Shown: piece by piece, positions 48,547 to 48,809 of the stretch
Layout: the number at the start of each line of letters is the position of its first letter
Numbering within the stretch: position 1 is the stretch's first letter
From: an uncultured bacterium
GTDB lineage: Bacteria > Patescibacteriota > Minisyncoccia > UBA6257 > 2-01-FULL-56-20
Length of the DNA: 48,809 nucleotides
Assembly: GCA_963844965.1 (NCBI GenBank)
Contig: CAWJQC010000001.1
Location: 1-48,809, forward strand
Reading direction: 5' to 3'
Made by a program: the position numbers and the translations under genes
Notes under the pieces: model-generated
Told to the model about the DNA's origin: nothing
Seen by the model: the letters and a program-made list of their open reading frames with translations, nothing else
The model's database searches: none

Positions 48547-48809
48547 ATGGAGCTGCAGAGGTCAAAAAATATGTGGCGAAATTTGTTTCTTGTGAACATC
48601 GTCCTCCTTCTTTGCGTGGCGTTTTTCGCGTTTTTGGGGCTGGCCGCGAACATCGGAGTTACCACGGTACTGTGGCTTGAGTTTGCCCCGGCTCTGCCGC
48701 TTGTGTACTCCGCGATTTCATTCACGCCCAGCACAGCAGAGACCGGAATATCTGGAAGAGTACTCGTTCAAGTCGGTTGTGGCGCGGTCACTCAATTCGT
48801 ACCGGATAT
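48547..48809 (+). CDS. partial CDS (3' end outside window): membrane protein N-terminus MELQRSKNMWRNLFLVNIVLLLCVAFFAFLGLAANIGVTTVLWLEF...
   Basis: Open frame from ATG 48547 to window end, two hydrophobic helices; not in the supplied ORF track (no stop). Confidence 0.3.
   Translation, partial: MELQRSKNMWRNLFLVNIVLLLCVAFFAFLGLAANIGVTTVLWLEFAPALPLVYSAISFTPSTAETGISGRVLVQVGCGAVTQFVPD

Overview
This 48.8-kb window looks like a Candidate-Phyla-Radiation (Patescibacteria)-like bacterial chromosome segment, about 50% GC. It is gene-dense with many cell-surface and pilus genes.

Left part (1-18 kb):
- Ser/Thr-rich surface protein tail.
- A four-helix-bundle gene (the '23S-rRNA intervening-sequence protein' family) embedded between inverted arrays of GTAATTC heptamers, outside any rRNA context.
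- O-antigen-ligase/TPR membrane protein and HU.
- A minus-strand ECF sigma / anti-sigma / secreted-protein operon.
- An ABC-2 exporter pair.
- tRNA-Gly(GCC) and a tRNA-Arg whose genomic anticodon reads GCG.
- A HAD hydrolase.
- A choice-of-anchor-D/Fn3 surface protein.
- A roughly 1,500-aa NHL-repeat / Fn3 / poly-Gly / peptidoglycan-binding giant protein.
- ComF.

Centre (18.4-29.8 kb):
- A complete type IV pilus locus: pilM, pilN-like, pilO-like, a small membrane protein, pilB, pilT, pilC, two pilin genes each with an extended -10 (TGnTATAAT) promoter, pilD and three minor-pilin/pseudopilin genes.
- Related AT-rich palindromic intergenic elements are interspersed through it.

Right-centre (30-41 kb):
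- A frameshifted BACON-Big2-BACON lipoprotein.
- A nested inverted-repeat element.
- Secreted proteins, then a giant Cys-containing Ig-like repeat adhesin with near-identical tandem DNA repeats.
- A LamG-lectin protein carrying an inserted copy of the same repeat domain.

Right end (41-48.8 kb):
- NAD-dependent DNA ligase ligA.
- A zinc-finger-motif gene split by a perfect 17-bp tandem duplication.
- An intact tRNA-Asp(GUC) surrounded by three partial tRNA-Asp copies.
- Two HicB-HicA-like toxin-antitoxin modules and a secreted protein.
- A family of GGGGG/CCCCC palindromes, including a spacer-less 31-bp tandem array.

At least six genes show frameshifts, several at homopolymers. This pattern fits sequencing/assembly error (homopolymer indels) rather than real pseudogenes, but real disruption cannot be excluded.

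No CRISPR array, rRNA, integrase or transposase was recognised.
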